Counted from the first letter of the stretch, positions 1-9,275 are shown. The stretch is 59,875 nt of DNA from an uncultured Clostridia bacterium (GCA_947629145.1 CANRCQ010000001.1:1-59875); one strand, 5' to 3'. The notes: a model not told the origin generated them from the sequence alone. A program made the numbers and translations.

Positions 1-335
1 TTCATGAGTGCGATGAAGCGCTTTCAAAAGACAGTTTAACCGAACTTAACAAAGAAGAAGATAAAAAGTTTTTTGAAGAAATCATGAATGAGTTTAAAAC
101 GCACAAAGACGAACTTAAAACTCAAATTGAAAAACATTTGAAAAACTATGAATATGACAGACTTTTTAAAATTGATTTGGCGCTTGTCTATCTCACTCTT
201 ACAGAGATTGAGCTTTGTGGAACTCCAAAGGGGGTTGCCATCAACGAAGCATTGAACCTTGCAAAGACTTACAGCACGGCAAAATCACACAAATTTATAA
301 ATGGCCTTGTTTCAGCCATTTTGGAAGAAAAATGA
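1..335 (+). CDS. nusB: transcription antitermination factor NusB (5' end outside window)
   Basis: The frame is open from the window edge (codons from nt 3). The C-terminus ...DRLFKIDLALVYLTLTEIELCGTPKGVAINEALNLAKTYSTAKSHKFINGLV is NusB-like. The stop overlaps the xseA start (ATGA). Confidence 0.8.
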   Translation, partial: HECDEALSKDSLTELNKEEDKKFFEEIMNEFKTHKDELKTQIEKHLKNYEYDRLFKIDLALVYLTLTEIELCGTPKGVAINEALNLAKTYSTAKSHKFINGLVSAILEEK

Positions 336-1510
336 TAGGCACTATCTCTGTCACAAAATTTAATAACTATGTTAAAAATATTTTTAACGCAGAAGAACTT
401 CTCCACAACGTCAAAATAGTTGGAGAAGTTTTTGGCGTTTCTATTGCAAAAAGTTCGACATATTTTACTCTTAAAGACGAAGAAAGCAGTTTGCCTTGCA
501 TTTGCTTTTATCCAGACATCATGCAAACTGTCAAAGAAGGCGACAGTGTTGTTGTCACTGGCAGCCCAAACTTTTACACAAAACAAGGGCGATTTAACTT
601 TGTTGTTTCAAAGATAGAGCCTTATGGACAGGGCATTTTGTATCAGCGCTTTTTAGAACTTAAAGATAAACTTTTAAAAGAAGGCATTTTTGACGAAGCA
701 CACAAAAAGCCTATTCCTAAAAGTATAAAAAGAATAGGGGTTGTCACGTCAAAGGATGGGGCAGTTATTCAAGATATAAAAAACGTCACTTGGCGAAGAA
801 ATCCAGCAGTTGATATTGTGCTATATAACACCAAGGTTCAGGGCATCGGCGCGGAAGAAGAGATAAAGGCTGGGATTGACTTTTTCAGTGAATATGACGA
901 TGTGGATGTTGTGGTTGTTGCGCGTGGCGGTGGCAGTTTGGAAGACTTGGCGGCTTACAACACAGAGATTGTTGCAAGGGCGACTTACAACTGCAAAAAG
1001 CCGATTATCTCGGCGGTTGGCCACGAAACCGACTTTACAATCATCGACTTCGCAAGTGACCTAAGAGCGCCTACACCAAGTGCCGCGGCGGAACTTCTCA
1101 CACCAGATACACAATCAAACAAAGCCCTTTTAAAAAAGGATTTGTCGCGACTTTCAAGGCTTTTGGAAAATTACATTGCAGATAAAACAGTTGAATTTCA
1201 GGGCAACAAAAATATCATTTTGGACTTGTTTGAAACGAAGATAAAAAACTATAAACAAAAACTCGATAAATTGACACTTACACTTTCATCCAAACTCAAT
1301 GCGTTTGTGATTGACGCAAAATATGCCTTGGAAATCAAACTTGCAAAATTAAATAAACTAAATCCGCTTGACATTTTAAGGCTGGGTTATGCTAAAATAG
1401 AACAAAGCGGAAAGGCTGTGACTTCTGCAAATAGCATTGATGAAAAGGCGGACATTTTAATTAGCTTTGCGGATGGACAAGTTGTCACTAAATTTAAGGA
1501 GAGAAAATGA
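332..1510 (+). CDS. xseA: exodeoxyribonuclease VII large subunit
   Basis: 392 aa from ATG 332. It has an N-terminal OB-fold-like region and an ARGGGSLEDL...GHETD core typical of XseA. The longer ORF-track start at 215 lies inside nusB. Confidence 0.9.
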   Translation: MIGTISVTKFNNYVKNIFNAEELLHNVKIVGEVFGVSIAKSSTYFTLKDEESSLPCICFYPDIMQTVKEGDSVVVTGSPNFYTKQGRFNFVVSKIEPYGQGILYQRFLELKDKLLKEGIFDEAHKKPIPKSIKRIGVVTSKDGAVIQDIKNVTWRRNPAVDIVLYNTKVQGIGAEEEIKAGIDFFSEYDDVDVVVVARGGGSLEDLAAYNTEIVARATYNCKKPIISAVGHETDFTIIDFASDLRAPTPSAAAELLTPDTQSNKALLKKDLSRLSRLLENYIADKTVEFQGNKNIILDLFETKIKNYKQKLDKLTLTLSSKLNAFVIDAKYALEIKLAKLNKLNPLDILRLGYAKIEQSGKAVTSANSIDEKADILISFADGQVVTKFKERK

Positions 1511-1710
1511 ATTACGAAGACGCTGTTAAAGAAATGGAAGAAATTATAAACAAACTTGAAAATGAAACATTGCCACTTGCAGAAGCGCAAAAATATTTTC
1601 AGCGCGCAAGCGAACTTGCCAAATTTTGCCAAGAAGAACTTTCAAAGGCATCTGGCAAACTTTTTATCATAAAGAAAGAACTCGACCAAATTCAAGAGGA
1701 GGAAGTATGA
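1507..1710 (+). CDS. xseB: exodeoxyribonuclease VII small subunit
   Basis: 67-aa helical protein (EEIINKLENETLPLAEAQKYFQRASEL) whose ATGA start overlaps the xseA stop. Confidence 0.85.
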   Translation: MNYEDAVKEMEEIINKLENETLPLAEAQKYFQRASELAKFCQEELSKASGKLFIIKKELDQIQEEEV

Positions 1711-3431
1711 AATTATCAACACTTGTTGGGCAAAGACTTAAAGAAGCGCCAAATGGGGCAAGTTTAAAAAGCCACATTTTACTTTTGCGCGCTGGTTACA
1801 TAAAACAGGTTGCAACTGGGATTTTCACACTTCTGCCACCAGCACAACGCGTGAGTTTAAAAATTCAAAAAATCATTCGTGAAGAGATGGATGCTCTTGG
1901 CGGACAAGAAGTGTTGTTTCCTGTTGTTATGCCACGCGAACTTTGGGAGATGAGCGGCAGATACACTTCAATCAAAAATGAAATGGTGCGTTTTAAAGAC
2001 AGAACAGGTCATGACATGGTGCTTGGAATGACTCATGAAGAAGCCGCTGTTTTCATGGCTATGAACACTGTGCAAAGCCACGAACAACTGCCATTTATGG
2101 TTTATCAACTTCAAACTAAATTCCGTGACGAGCCACGTTCTCGCGGCGGACTTATTCGCGTGAGAGAATTTACAATGAAAGACGCATATTCTTTCCACGC
2201 AACACAGGAAGATTTGGATACTTTCTATCAAAAAGCATATGAAGCCTACAAGCGCATATACAAACGCATTGGCTTTAAAAACTTCACTGTTGTTGAAGGC
2301 GACAACGGCATGATGGGCGGCAAAGTTTCCCATGAATATATGGCTGTGACTGATGCCGGCGAAGACAGACTTGTAATTTGTCCAAAGTGTGGTTATTCAA
2401 GCAATATGGAAGTTGCCGTTTCCGTTAAAGATGAAAACGACCATGTAAGCGGCGGCGAACTTAAAGAGATTTTCACAGGCAACGCACACACAATCGAAGA
2501 AGTTTGCGCTTTCCTTGAAACAGATGCAAAACACACCGTCAAAGCAGTTTGCTATCAAACAAGTGATGAAAAACTTGTTGTGGCATTTTTGCGTGGGGAT
2601 TATGAAGTGAATGAAACAAAACTTCAAAAGATTGCACAAAGCGAACTTTATCCAGTGGATGTTGAAAAATTTGGGCTTTGCGCAGGAAATATTGGCTGTT
2701 TAAATCTCAACTTGCCAGAAGGCAGTGTTGTGGCTTACGACAAGACGATTGAAGGCCTTGAAAACTTTGTCACTGGCGCAAATAAAAAGGATTTCCACCT
2801 TGTTCATGCAAGTGCTTCACGTGATTTGCACGGTGTGAATTTTGTTGATATTGCAAATGTCAAAGAAGGCGACACCTGTGTTCATTGTGGCGAAAAACTC
2901 ACATTCACACGCGGCATTGAAATAGGAAACATCTTCCAACTTGGCACAAAATATACAAAGTCTATGGGTTTTAAAGTGACAATGCCTGATGGCACAACAA
3001 AAGAGCCAATTATGGGTTGCTATGGCATTGGTGTTGGACGAAGCCTTGCAAGTGTAATCGAAGAAAAAGCGGATGACAAGGGGCTTGTTTGGCCTATGAC
3101 AATCGCTCCGTGGCACGTTCATTTTTGCCCACTTCGTTTGGACGATGAAAATGTAAGGGCTTTTGCGACAGAGATTTACAAAGAAATGACGGCCGCTGGC
3201 ATTGAAGTTTTATATGACGACCGCAATCTTTCCGCCGGAATTAAACTGACGGACAGCGAACTTATGGGGCTTCCAATAAGAGTTGTTCTAAGCCCAAAGA
3301 CCTTGCAAGAACAACAGGTTGAAGTGACAATGCGTGAAAGTGGCGAGAAAATTTTTATTCCAATTAAAGACCTTATAAGTGAACTTAAAGCCATCGTTCA
3401 AGACGAAATTGAGCAAATAGAAAATGCATAA
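1707..3431 (+). CDS. proS: proline--tRNA ligase (bacterial type, 574 aa)
   Basis: ATG 1707 overlaps the xseB stop (ATGA). The class II aaRS motifs and the length fit a bacterial ProRS with an insertion domain. Confidence 0.95.
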   Translation: MKLSTLVGQRLKEAPNGASLKSHILLLRAGYIKQVATGIFTLLPPAQRVSLKIQKIIREEMDALGGQEVLFPVVMPRELWEMSGRYTSIKNEMVRFKDRTGHDMVLGMTHEEAAVFMAMNTVQSHEQLPFMVYQLQTKFRDEPRSRGGLIRVREFTMKDAYSFHATQEDLDTFYQKAYEAYKRIYKRIGFKNFTVVEGDNGMMGGKVSHEYMAVTDAGEDRLVICPKCGYSSNMEVAVSVKDENDHVSGGELKEIFTGNAHTIEEVCAFLETDAKHTVKAVCYQTSDEKLVVAFLRGDYEVNETKLQKIAQSELYPVDVEKFGLCAGNIGCLNLNLPEGSVVAYDKTIEGLENFVTGANKKDFHLVHASASRDLHGVNFVDIANVKEGDTCVHCGEKLTFTRGIEIGNIFQLGTKYTKSMGFKVTMPDGTTKEPIMGCYGIGVGRSLASVIEEKADDKGLVWPMTIAPWHVHFCPLRLDDENVRAFATEIYKEMTAAGIEVLYDDRNLSAGIKLTDSELMGLPIRVVLSPKTLQEQQVEVTMRESGEKIFIPIKDLISELKAIVQDEIEQIENA

Positions 3432-3461
3432 ATAGGACAAAAATTGTCCTATTTTTCTTTT
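3432..3461 (+). terminator. intrinsic terminator after proS
   Basis: ATAGGACAA-aaa-TTGTCCTAT 9-bp stem followed by a T-rich run. Confidence 0.7.
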
Positions 3462-3481
3462 GAAAGAAATATAATATTTTG

Positions 3482-4033
3482 ATGAAAAATTACAGTCTGT
3501 CATGGGCATGGAAAACTTTTATTCTTTCAATTTGTCTTTCCATACTTTTCAGTATGCTCTCTCAAAGTCTGTTCCCTTCGCTTCCTGTTTTTTTGTCGCT
3601 GTTTATTATTTTGTTTTTCATTGTGATAAGTGTGATTTTCGATATGATTGGCATTGCCGTCACATCCACAGACCTTGAAAACTTAGAAAAAAGAATGGGC
3701 GAAAAGGGCTTTAAAACGGCGCAAAAACTTTGTTTAAACACAGACAAAGTTTCTTCTTTTTGCGGAGATGTTGTTGGGGACATTTGCGGAATTTTAAGCG
3801 GTGCAGGGGGTGTAAGTTTGGTTGTAAATCTTCATATTTTGAATCCAAGTGTGTATTTTTTGATAACCTGCCTTGTAAGTTCGCTTATTGCAGGACTTAC
3901 AATCTTTGGAAAGGCGGTGTTTAAGCGCTATGCCGTGGACAACTGCGAAAGCGTGGTTTTAAAAATCGGCAGAATTTTGGAGAGCAAATTCTTTCTTATT
4001 CACAAAACTAAAAAAGACAAGAAAGAAAATTGA
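3482..4033 (+). CDS. polytopic membrane protein, CNNM/DUF21-like transmembrane domain only
   Basis: 183 aa with about 4 hydrophobic helices. The layout between helices (DMIGIAVTSTDLENLEKRMGEKGFKTAQKL...) resembles a DUF21 TM module without CBS/CorC domains. TATAAT at 3470-3475 lies 6 nt before the ATG. Confidence 0.5.
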   Translation: MKNYSLSWAWKTFILSICLSILFSMLSQSLFPSLPVFLSLFIILFFIVISVIFDMIGIAVTSTDLENLEKRMGEKGFKTAQKLCLNTDKVSSFCGDVVGDICGILSGAGGVSLVVNLHILNPSVYFLITCLVSSLIAGLTIFGKAVFKRYAVDNCESVVLKIGRILESKFFLIHKTKKDKKEN

Positions 4034-4058
4034 CAAATTTATATGAATATGCTACTAT
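4030..4058 (+). promoter_or_regulatory. sigma-A-type promoter
   Basis: TTGACA (4030-4035), 17 nt spacer, TACTAT (4053-4058). A GGAG RBS precedes ATG 4083. Confidence 0.6.
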
Positions 4059-4082
4059 ACCTTGTAACACTAAGGAGAAAAT

Positions 4083-5168
4083 ATGTATACAAAAGAGATA
4101 ACAGACAATTTTTACACTGCCTATAAAAACGGAAACATCGCTAAAGCACTGCAACTTTGGGAAGAAAATAAGGCTTTTTTGAATTCGTCATATATTGAAG
4201 ACAGCAGTCAATTTCCGCAGCCACTTCTTTATGAGATGTTAATCAACTTCAAAAGAAGCGGAAAAAATCACCACGAAAAGCTTGAAATTTTAAAGGCTGT
4301 GATTGCTGACAAAAATTTTAAAACAAATATAGATGTAGAATATCAATCGCGTTTTGGAAACAAGGTTCAAAGATACAACATTTTTGAAATCGCAGTAAAG
4401 TTGCACCTGAACGAACTTGTTGACTTTTTGGTTGCGGAGAGATTTGATGATATAAAAATCAGCCAAACAGTTGATGGAGAAAGCAGACTTGTTGAGGTGA
4501 CAGATTTGGTTCAAAAGGAAGCATCAACTTTGGAGTTTTTAATTGATTATTGTGACAGAATAAATGATTATTCGCTTATTAGAAAATTGATAGCCACCAA
4601 AAAGATAAAGTTGTCCGCACAAGTGGTTAATTTCAATGGAGAAAAGAAATATTGCTATGAAATTTTAGGCGAAAGATTTAACACTGACAGCAAAAAGACA
4701 AGGTTAAATCCAAAGCAGATTGAAAATATTGTTAAACATCCAGAATCTGTTGGCGGAGCGCTGAGATATTTATGTCAAGATGTAAACGGCCACAGTAAAG
4801 TTGTTGAAATTGAAAAAGCTTTTCAAGCGGAGATTGAAAAAAGAAAGCCAGAACCTTATCAACTTTTAAAGCCACAGTGTCCAATTGAAGTGAAACAGCC
4901 ACATGGATTTTTTAAATTCAGCAATAAAAGACAGCAAAAATATGCTGAATATCTTGAAAAAAGAAAGCAATATGACAAGGCATTGACCGAATATCAAGCA
5001 GAAAAGAAAGAGTATGATGTCAAACAAAAGCGCTATGAAGACTATTGCAAACTTATCAAAAAATATGTAGAGCCAGAAATTGCACAGGCATACCAAAACT
5101 TTGAAAATATTCACCAAATTTGTTTGGCATTGAAAAAGGCAAAAACAAATGAAGAAAAAATTAAATAA
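4083..5168 (+). CDS. hypothetical protein (helical-repeat N-terminal part, Lys/Glu-rich coiled-coil C-terminus)
   Basis: 361-aa ORF with its own promoter and a strong SD. I recognise no family. The C-terminal 90 aa (KRQQKYAEYLEKRKQYDKALTEYQAEKKEYDVKQKRYEDY) looks like coiled coil. Confidence 0.55.
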   Translation: MYTKEITDNFYTAYKNGNIAKALQLWEENKAFLNSSYIEDSSQFPQPLLYEMLINFKRSGKNHHEKLEILKAVIADKNFKTNIDVEYQSRFGNKVQRYNIFEIAVKLHLNELVDFLVAERFDDIKISQTVDGESRLVEVTDLVQKEASTLEFLIDYCDRINDYSLIRKLIATKKIKLSAQVVNFNGEKKYCYEILGERFNTDSKKTRLNPKQIENIVKHPESVGGALRYLCQDVNGHSKVVEIEKAFQAEIEKRKPEPYQLLKPQCPIEVKQPHGFFKFSNKRQQKYAEYLEKRKQYDKALTEYQAEKKEYDVKQKRYEDYCKLIKKYVEPEIAQAYQNFENIHQICLALKKAKTNEEKIK

Positions 5169-5183
5169 ATTTTTGAAAAACAG

Positions 5184-5213
5184 TTGACAAACACTTTGTA
5201 ATTGTGTTAATAT
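5184..5213 (+). promoter_or_regulatory. promoter of the infC-rpmI-rplT operon
   Basis: TTGACA (5184-5189), 18 nt spacer, TGtTAATAT extended -10 (5205-5213). Confidence 0.6.
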
Positions 5214-5349
5214 AAGCCAGTAAGAAAGCAGAAGTTCCCTTCTCACCCATCGAATTTTGTTTTGATGTGGTTAACAAAAACAGTTTATTATTGCACAGTG
5301 TGCATTTTGAATTGGTGGGAACTTTGCGTCCTACCAATTTTTTATAAAA
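5214..5349 (+). promoter_or_regulatory. L20-leader-type 5' UTR with terminator/attenuator hairpin
   Basis: Leader of about 150 nt. A 10-bp stem ATTGGTGGGA/TCCTACCAAT (5311-5338) is followed by a T run, immediately upstream of the infC RBS. The position and architecture match the Firmicutes L20 leader. Confidence 0.5.
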
Positions 5350-5362
5350 GGAGATTACAGCC

Positions 5363-5875
5363 ATTTTTAAGGAACTTTTTATCAATGACCAAATCACGGC
5401 AAAAGAAGTGCGTTTGATTGGAGAAGAAGGGGAACAACTTGGGGTTGTTTCAAGATTTGAAGCGCAAAGCAAGGCTGACGAAGCGGGGCTTGACCTTGTG
5501 CTTATGTCACCAAATGCAAATCCGCCAGTGTGCAAACTTATGGACTACGGAAAATATAAGTTTGACACATTGAAAAAAGAAAAGGAAATGCGCAAAAATC
5601 AAAAAATAAGCGAAATCAAAGAGATTCAACTTTCAATGAGAATAGACGATTATCATGTTAACTTCAAATTGAAGAATGCTCAAAAGATTTTGCAAGACGG
5701 TGACAAAGTGAAAGTTTCACTTCGTATGCGCGGCAGAGAACAAGCATATTCAAACAACGCAATTGAAATTGTCAAAAAGTTTGTGACAGACCTTGCTGAT
5801 TATGGCTTTATTGAAAAAGAGCCTGTCATTATGGGCAAAAATGTTTCAGTTGTAATCAATCCAAAAAAAGCATAA
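5363..5875 (+). CDS. infC: translation initiation factor IF-3, probable AUU start
   Basis: IF-3 homology (IFKELFINDQITAKEVRLIGEEGEQLGVV) extends upstream of the GTG listed in the ORF track. ATT at 5363 lies 9 nt after GGAG (5350-5353). Confidence 0.85.
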   Translation: MFKELFINDQITAKEVRLIGEEGEQLGVVSRFEAQSKADEAGLDLVLMSPNANPPVCKLMDYGKYKFDTLKKEKEMRKNQKISEIKEIQLSMRIDDYHVNFKLKNAQKILQDGDKVKVSLRMRGREQAYSNNAIEIVKKFVTDLADYGFIEKEPVIMGKNVSVVINPKKA

Positions 5876-5890
5876 AAGGAGAAAAGGAAA

Positions 5891-6085
5891 ATGCCTAAAC
5901 AAAAAACACACAGCGGTGCAAAGAAAAGATTTCATCTCACTGCAACAGGAAAGGTTAAGTTTGCACGTCCAAACAAAGGACATTTCTTGACCAACAAAAA
6001 TCAAAGTCGAAAAAGAAAACTTAGAAAGGGTTCTTATATTGCTGGCAAGAATGCTGACAATATCAAGACATTGCTCTGCAAATAA
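5891..6085 (+). CDS. rpmI: 50S ribosomal protein L35
   Basis: 64 aa, MPKQKTHSGAKKRF... Confidence 0.95.
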   Translation: MPKQKTHSGAKKRFHLTATGKVKFARPNKGHFLTNKNQSRKRKLRKGSYIAGKNADNIKTLLCK

Positions 6086-6097
6086 TAGGAGGGGAAC

Positions 6098-6445
6098 ATG
6101 AGAATTAAAAGAACAGTAAACGCCGTTAAAAAGCGCAGAAAGATTTTAAAACAAGCCAAAGGTTATTTCGGGGCGAAGGGAAAACTTTACAGAACTGCTC
6201 GTGAGCAGGTTATGAAAAGTGGCCAATATGCATATGTAGGAAGAAAACTTAAGAAAAGAAACTTCCGCGCTCTTTGGATAACAAGAATAAATGCTGCTTG
6301 CCATCAAAACGACATCTCATACAGCAGATTTATTGATGGACTTAAAAAGGCAAACATCACACTCAACAGAAAAGTGCTTGCTGATATGGCAGTAAGAGAA
6401 CCTGCTGCATTTGCAGAACTTGTTGCACTTTGCAAGAAGGCATAA
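6098..6445 (+). CDS. rplT: 50S ribosomal protein L20
   Basis: 115 aa, MRIKRTVNAVKKRRKILKQAKGYFG... Confidence 0.95.
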   Translation: MRIKRTVNAVKKRRKILKQAKGYFGAKGKLYRTAREQVMKSGQYAYVGRKLKKRNFRALWITRINAACHQNDISYSRFIDGLKKANITLNRKVLADMAVREPAAFAELVALCKKA

Positions 6446-6446
6446 G

Positions 6447-7178
6447 TTGGAGAAGGCGAGCAAGAACTTCATATTGAATTTAAAAAAGCAAAAACGAGAA
6501 AATAAGTCTTTGCTTTTTTTAGATAATGTGAAGATAATTAAAGACGCAATCGAAAACAAAACGATAAAACCGGAATGTGTTTTAACAAGTTTGGATGAAT
6601 TAGACTTTGAAATAGACACGCAAATTTACAGTGTTTCGCAAAGTGTGATAGAACAACTTGCGGACACAAAAACACCACAGAAAGTATTATGCATTGCATA
6701 CTACACACAACATATTGTGCAAGTGCCAAAAGATAACTTTTTAGTTTTGGATGGCCTGCAAGACCCAGGCAATGTTGGAACACTTATAAGAACTGCCAAG
6801 GCATCTGGCTTTAAAAGTGTGTTTTTAATAGAAAGTGTTAATGTTTCAAATCCAAAACTTATTAGAAGTTCGGTTGGGGCAGTTTTGGATGGAAATGTTT
6901 TTGAAATGACAAGAAAAGATTTCATCGTCTTTGCAAAGAAAAACAAATTGAATTTAGTTTGCTGTGATATGAACGGCGAAAACATTTTTAAAACAGACTT
7001 AGAGAGAAGAGTTGTTGGAGTTGTCGTTGGCAACGAAGGGCAGGGTGTGAGCGAAGAAATTCGCTTGATGTGTTTTAAGACTGTAAAAATTCCTATGGAA
7101 AATGGAATTGAAAGTTTGAATGCTGCTGTGAGTGGCGCGATTGTCATGTATCAAATAAATAAAAATAAATTGCCTTAA
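6447..7178 (+). CDS. TrmH/SpoU-family RNA 2'-O-methyltransferase
   Basis: Contains LDGLQDPGNVGTLIRTA, VVGNEGQGVS and ESLNAAVSGAIVMY motifs. A TTG 6447 start (RBS AAGAAGG) is preferred over ATG 6411, which lies inside rplT. Confidence 0.75.
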   Translation: MEKASKNFILNLKKQKRENKSLLFLDNVKIIKDAIENKTIKPECVLTSLDELDFEIDTQIYSVSQSVIEQLADTKTPQKVLCIAYYTQHIVQVPKDNFLVLDGLQDPGNVGTLIRTAKASGFKSVFLIESVNVSNPKLIRSSVGAVLDGNVFEMTRKDFIVFAKKNKLNLVCCDMNGENIFKTDLERRVVGVVVGNEGQGVSEEIRLMCFKTVKIPMENGIESLNAAVSGAIVMYQINKNKLP

Positions 7179-7232
7179 ATCGTTTTGAAAATCTATACTT
7201 TTCCTGTATAATAGAAAAGTGGGAGTTTGATA

Positions 7233-7973
7233 ATGACAAAAGATTTGAAATTTTTGCTTAAAACTGTAAAACAAGCATCAAGGCTCATCACTTGTGATGT
7301 TCATGTTAAAGCTAAAGACGAAAACGGCGATTTGGTGACAAATTTTGATTATAAAATCGAAAAGTTTATTTCGGCAAAAATTAAAAAAGCATATCCAAAC
7401 TTTTCCATTGTAAGTGAAGAGTTTAACACAGATGCAAAACTTACAGAAAACTGTTTCACAATCGACCCTATTGATGGCACTGTGAATTTTGCAAATGATT
7501 TGCCACTTTGGGGAATTCAAGTTGCGTGTGTAAAAGGCGGCAAAACTTGTGCTTCGGTCATCTATCTCAAAGCGCTGAAAGAACTGTATTATGCAGACGA
7601 GAGTGGAGCATATCTCAATGGCAAGAAAATTCATGTGAACAATCTTCCACTTAAAAACTGTTTGTATGTGGTTGAAGCGGAAGATGAACTTTCGGCAATT
7701 GAACGTGTTCAAAAGAAACACCATATTTACAGGCATAAACAGTTTGGAGCAACGTGTGTCAACTTTGCGTGGGTTGCTTGCGGAAGACTTGGCGGATCGA
7801 TTTTTAGACAAGACTCCGCTTGGGACTATGTGCCTGGGATGTATCTTGTTCAGCAAGCAGGTGGCTTTGTAAGTGACAAGAAAATGGCACATGCCGCTGC
7901 AAATTCGCCGGAATTTTTAAAGATATTAGAAGAAGAAGGCACAATTCACTCAACTGATAACAAAAATAATTAA
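7233..7973 (+). CDS. inositol monophosphatase family protein
   Basis: Contains the SEE...IDPIDGTVNFANDLPLWG and WDY motifs. A GGGAG RBS lies 7 nt before ATG 7233. Confidence 0.75.
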   Translation: MTKDLKFLLKTVKQASRLITCDVHVKAKDENGDLVTNFDYKIEKFISAKIKKAYPNFSIVSEEFNTDAKLTENCFTIDPIDGTVNFANDLPLWGIQVACVKGGKTCASVIYLKALKELYYADESGAYLNGKKIHVNNLPLKNCLYVVEAEDELSAIERVQKKHHIYRHKQFGATCVNFAWVACGRLGGSIFRQDSAWDYVPGMYLVQQAGGFVSDKKMAHAAANSPEFLKILEEEGTIHSTDNKNN

Positions 7974-7985
7974 AGGAGAAAAACT

Positions 7986-8714
7986 ATGTCGGGACATTCA
8001 AAATGGCATAATATTCAAGCCAAAAAGGGAAAAACAGATGCTGCAAGGGGAAAGATTTTCACGAAGATTGGTCGTGAAATTGCTGTTTGCGTCAAAAACG
8101 GCGGAAGTGACCCTAATGTGAACAGCAAACTTAAAGATATTATCGCAAAGGCAAAGGCTGCAAATATGCCAAATGACAATATCGAAAGGTCAATCAAAAA
8201 GGCTGCCGGAGAACTTGGCGGTGTAAACTATGAAGCACAAACTTACGAAGGCTATGGTGTGGGCGGCTCTGCAGTGATTGTTGAATGTTTGACTGACAAC
8301 AAAAACCGCACTGCTGGGGATGTTCGCCATGCTTTTGATAAACACGGCGGTTCACTTGGTTCAAACGGCTGTGTTTCTTATCTTTTCAAACGCAAAGGCT
8401 CTGTGATTGTGATTGATGTTAAGGATACAGAAGCTCTTATGCTTGATGCTATCGAACTTGGCGCTGTGGATGTTGTGGAAGACGAAGACAGTGTTGAAAT
8501 TATCACAGAAGCAAACGAACACGGCAAAATGAGTGATGCGCTTACTGCAAAAGGATATAATGTTGTGTCTGCCGAAACTGCGCTTGTTCCAGACTTGTAT
8601 GTTGACTTAAATGCCGAACAGCAAGCAAAGTTCCAGCGCATGATTGACGCACTTGAAGACTTAGACGATGTGCAAGAAGTTTATCACAATGTCAACCTTG
8701 ACGAAGAAGAATAG
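7986..8714 (+). CDS. yebC: YebC/PmpR-family DNA-binding regulator
   Basis: MSGHSKWHNIQAKKGKTDAARGKIFTK... is the canonical YebC N-terminus. Confidence 0.9.
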   Translation: MSGHSKWHNIQAKKGKTDAARGKIFTKIGREIAVCVKNGGSDPNVNSKLKDIIAKAKAANMPNDNIERSIKKAAGELGGVNYEAQTYEGYGVGGSAVIVECLTDNKNRTAGDVRHAFDKHGGSLGSNGCVSYLFKRKGSVIVIDVKDTEALMLDAIELGAVDVVEDEDSVEIITEANEHGKMSDALTAKGYNVVSAETALVPDLYVDLNAEQQAKFQRMIDALEDLDDVQEVYHNVNLDEEE

Positions 8715-8739
8715 AATTTTTAAAAGCGCTCCATTTTGT

Positions 8740-8768
8740 TTGACAAAGTGGGGTGTTTTTTATATAAT
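8740..8768 (+). promoter_or_regulatory. consensus promoter abutting the ruvC start (leaderless candidate)
   Basis: TTGACA (8740-8745), 17 nt spacer, TATAAT (8763-8768). ATG 8775 follows after 6 nt with no SD. Confidence 0.6.
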
Positions 8769-8774
8769 ATTTTT

Positions 8775-9266
8775 ATGAGAATTTTAGGAATAGACCCAGG
8801 TTATGGGATTGTTGGCTATGGAATAATTGACACACATAAAAACAATGCGGTTGTTGATTTTGGAGTTATTGAAACGCCAAAAGAAGAAAGTTTTCCAGTA
8901 AGGCTTTTGCGAATTGAAGAAAGTATGCGTGTTTTAATGGAAAGATACAGGCCGGATGAAGTTGCTATTGAAGAACTTTTTTATTTCAAAAATCAAACAA
9001 CAGTCATCCCTGTTGCGGAAGCAAGGGGAGTTATTGTGCTGACAGCACAGAAATACTGCGACCGAATTTTTGAATACACACCAATGCAGATAAAACAGGC
9101 TCTCACTGGAAATGGGCGTGCTGATAAAAAGCAGATGCAGTTTATGGTGAAGGCAGTGTTGGGGCTTGAGAAAGTTCCAAAGCCAGATGATGCGGCGGAT
9201 GCGCTTGCAGTTGCACTTTGTCACAGTCAAATCAATCCAAGTTTGAACAACAATATGATTATTTAG
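8775..9266 (+). CDS. ruvC: crossover junction endodeoxyribonuclease RuvC
   Basis: MRILGIDPGYGIVGYG... is the canonical RuvC N-terminus, 163 aa. Confidence 0.9.
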   Translation: MRILGIDPGYGIVGYGIIDTHKNNAVVDFGVIETPKEESFPVRLLRIEESMRVLMERYRPDEVAIEELFYFKNQTTVIPVAEARGVIVLTAQKYCDRIFEYTPMQIKQALTGNGRADKKQMQFMVKAVLGLEKVPKPDDAADALAVALCHSQINPSLNNNMII

Positions 9267-9275
9267 GAGAAGAAA

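Noticed and set aside
215-331. N-terminal extensions in the ORF track (215, 1626, 6411, 8736, 10819, 15364, 17774, 19413, 22577, 45797, 47416, 55172, 59516).
   Set aside because: These extensions overlap the preceding gene or a promoter and lack homology. Internal starts with SD sequences, or with canonical family N-termini, fit better.
7178-7196. A 14-15-nt string AAATCGTTTTGAAA shared with 17869-17883, upstream of two promoters.
   Set aside because: A single pair of this length is roughly what chance predicts in 60 kb of AT-rich DNA on both strands. It has no consistent position relative to the -35 boxes.
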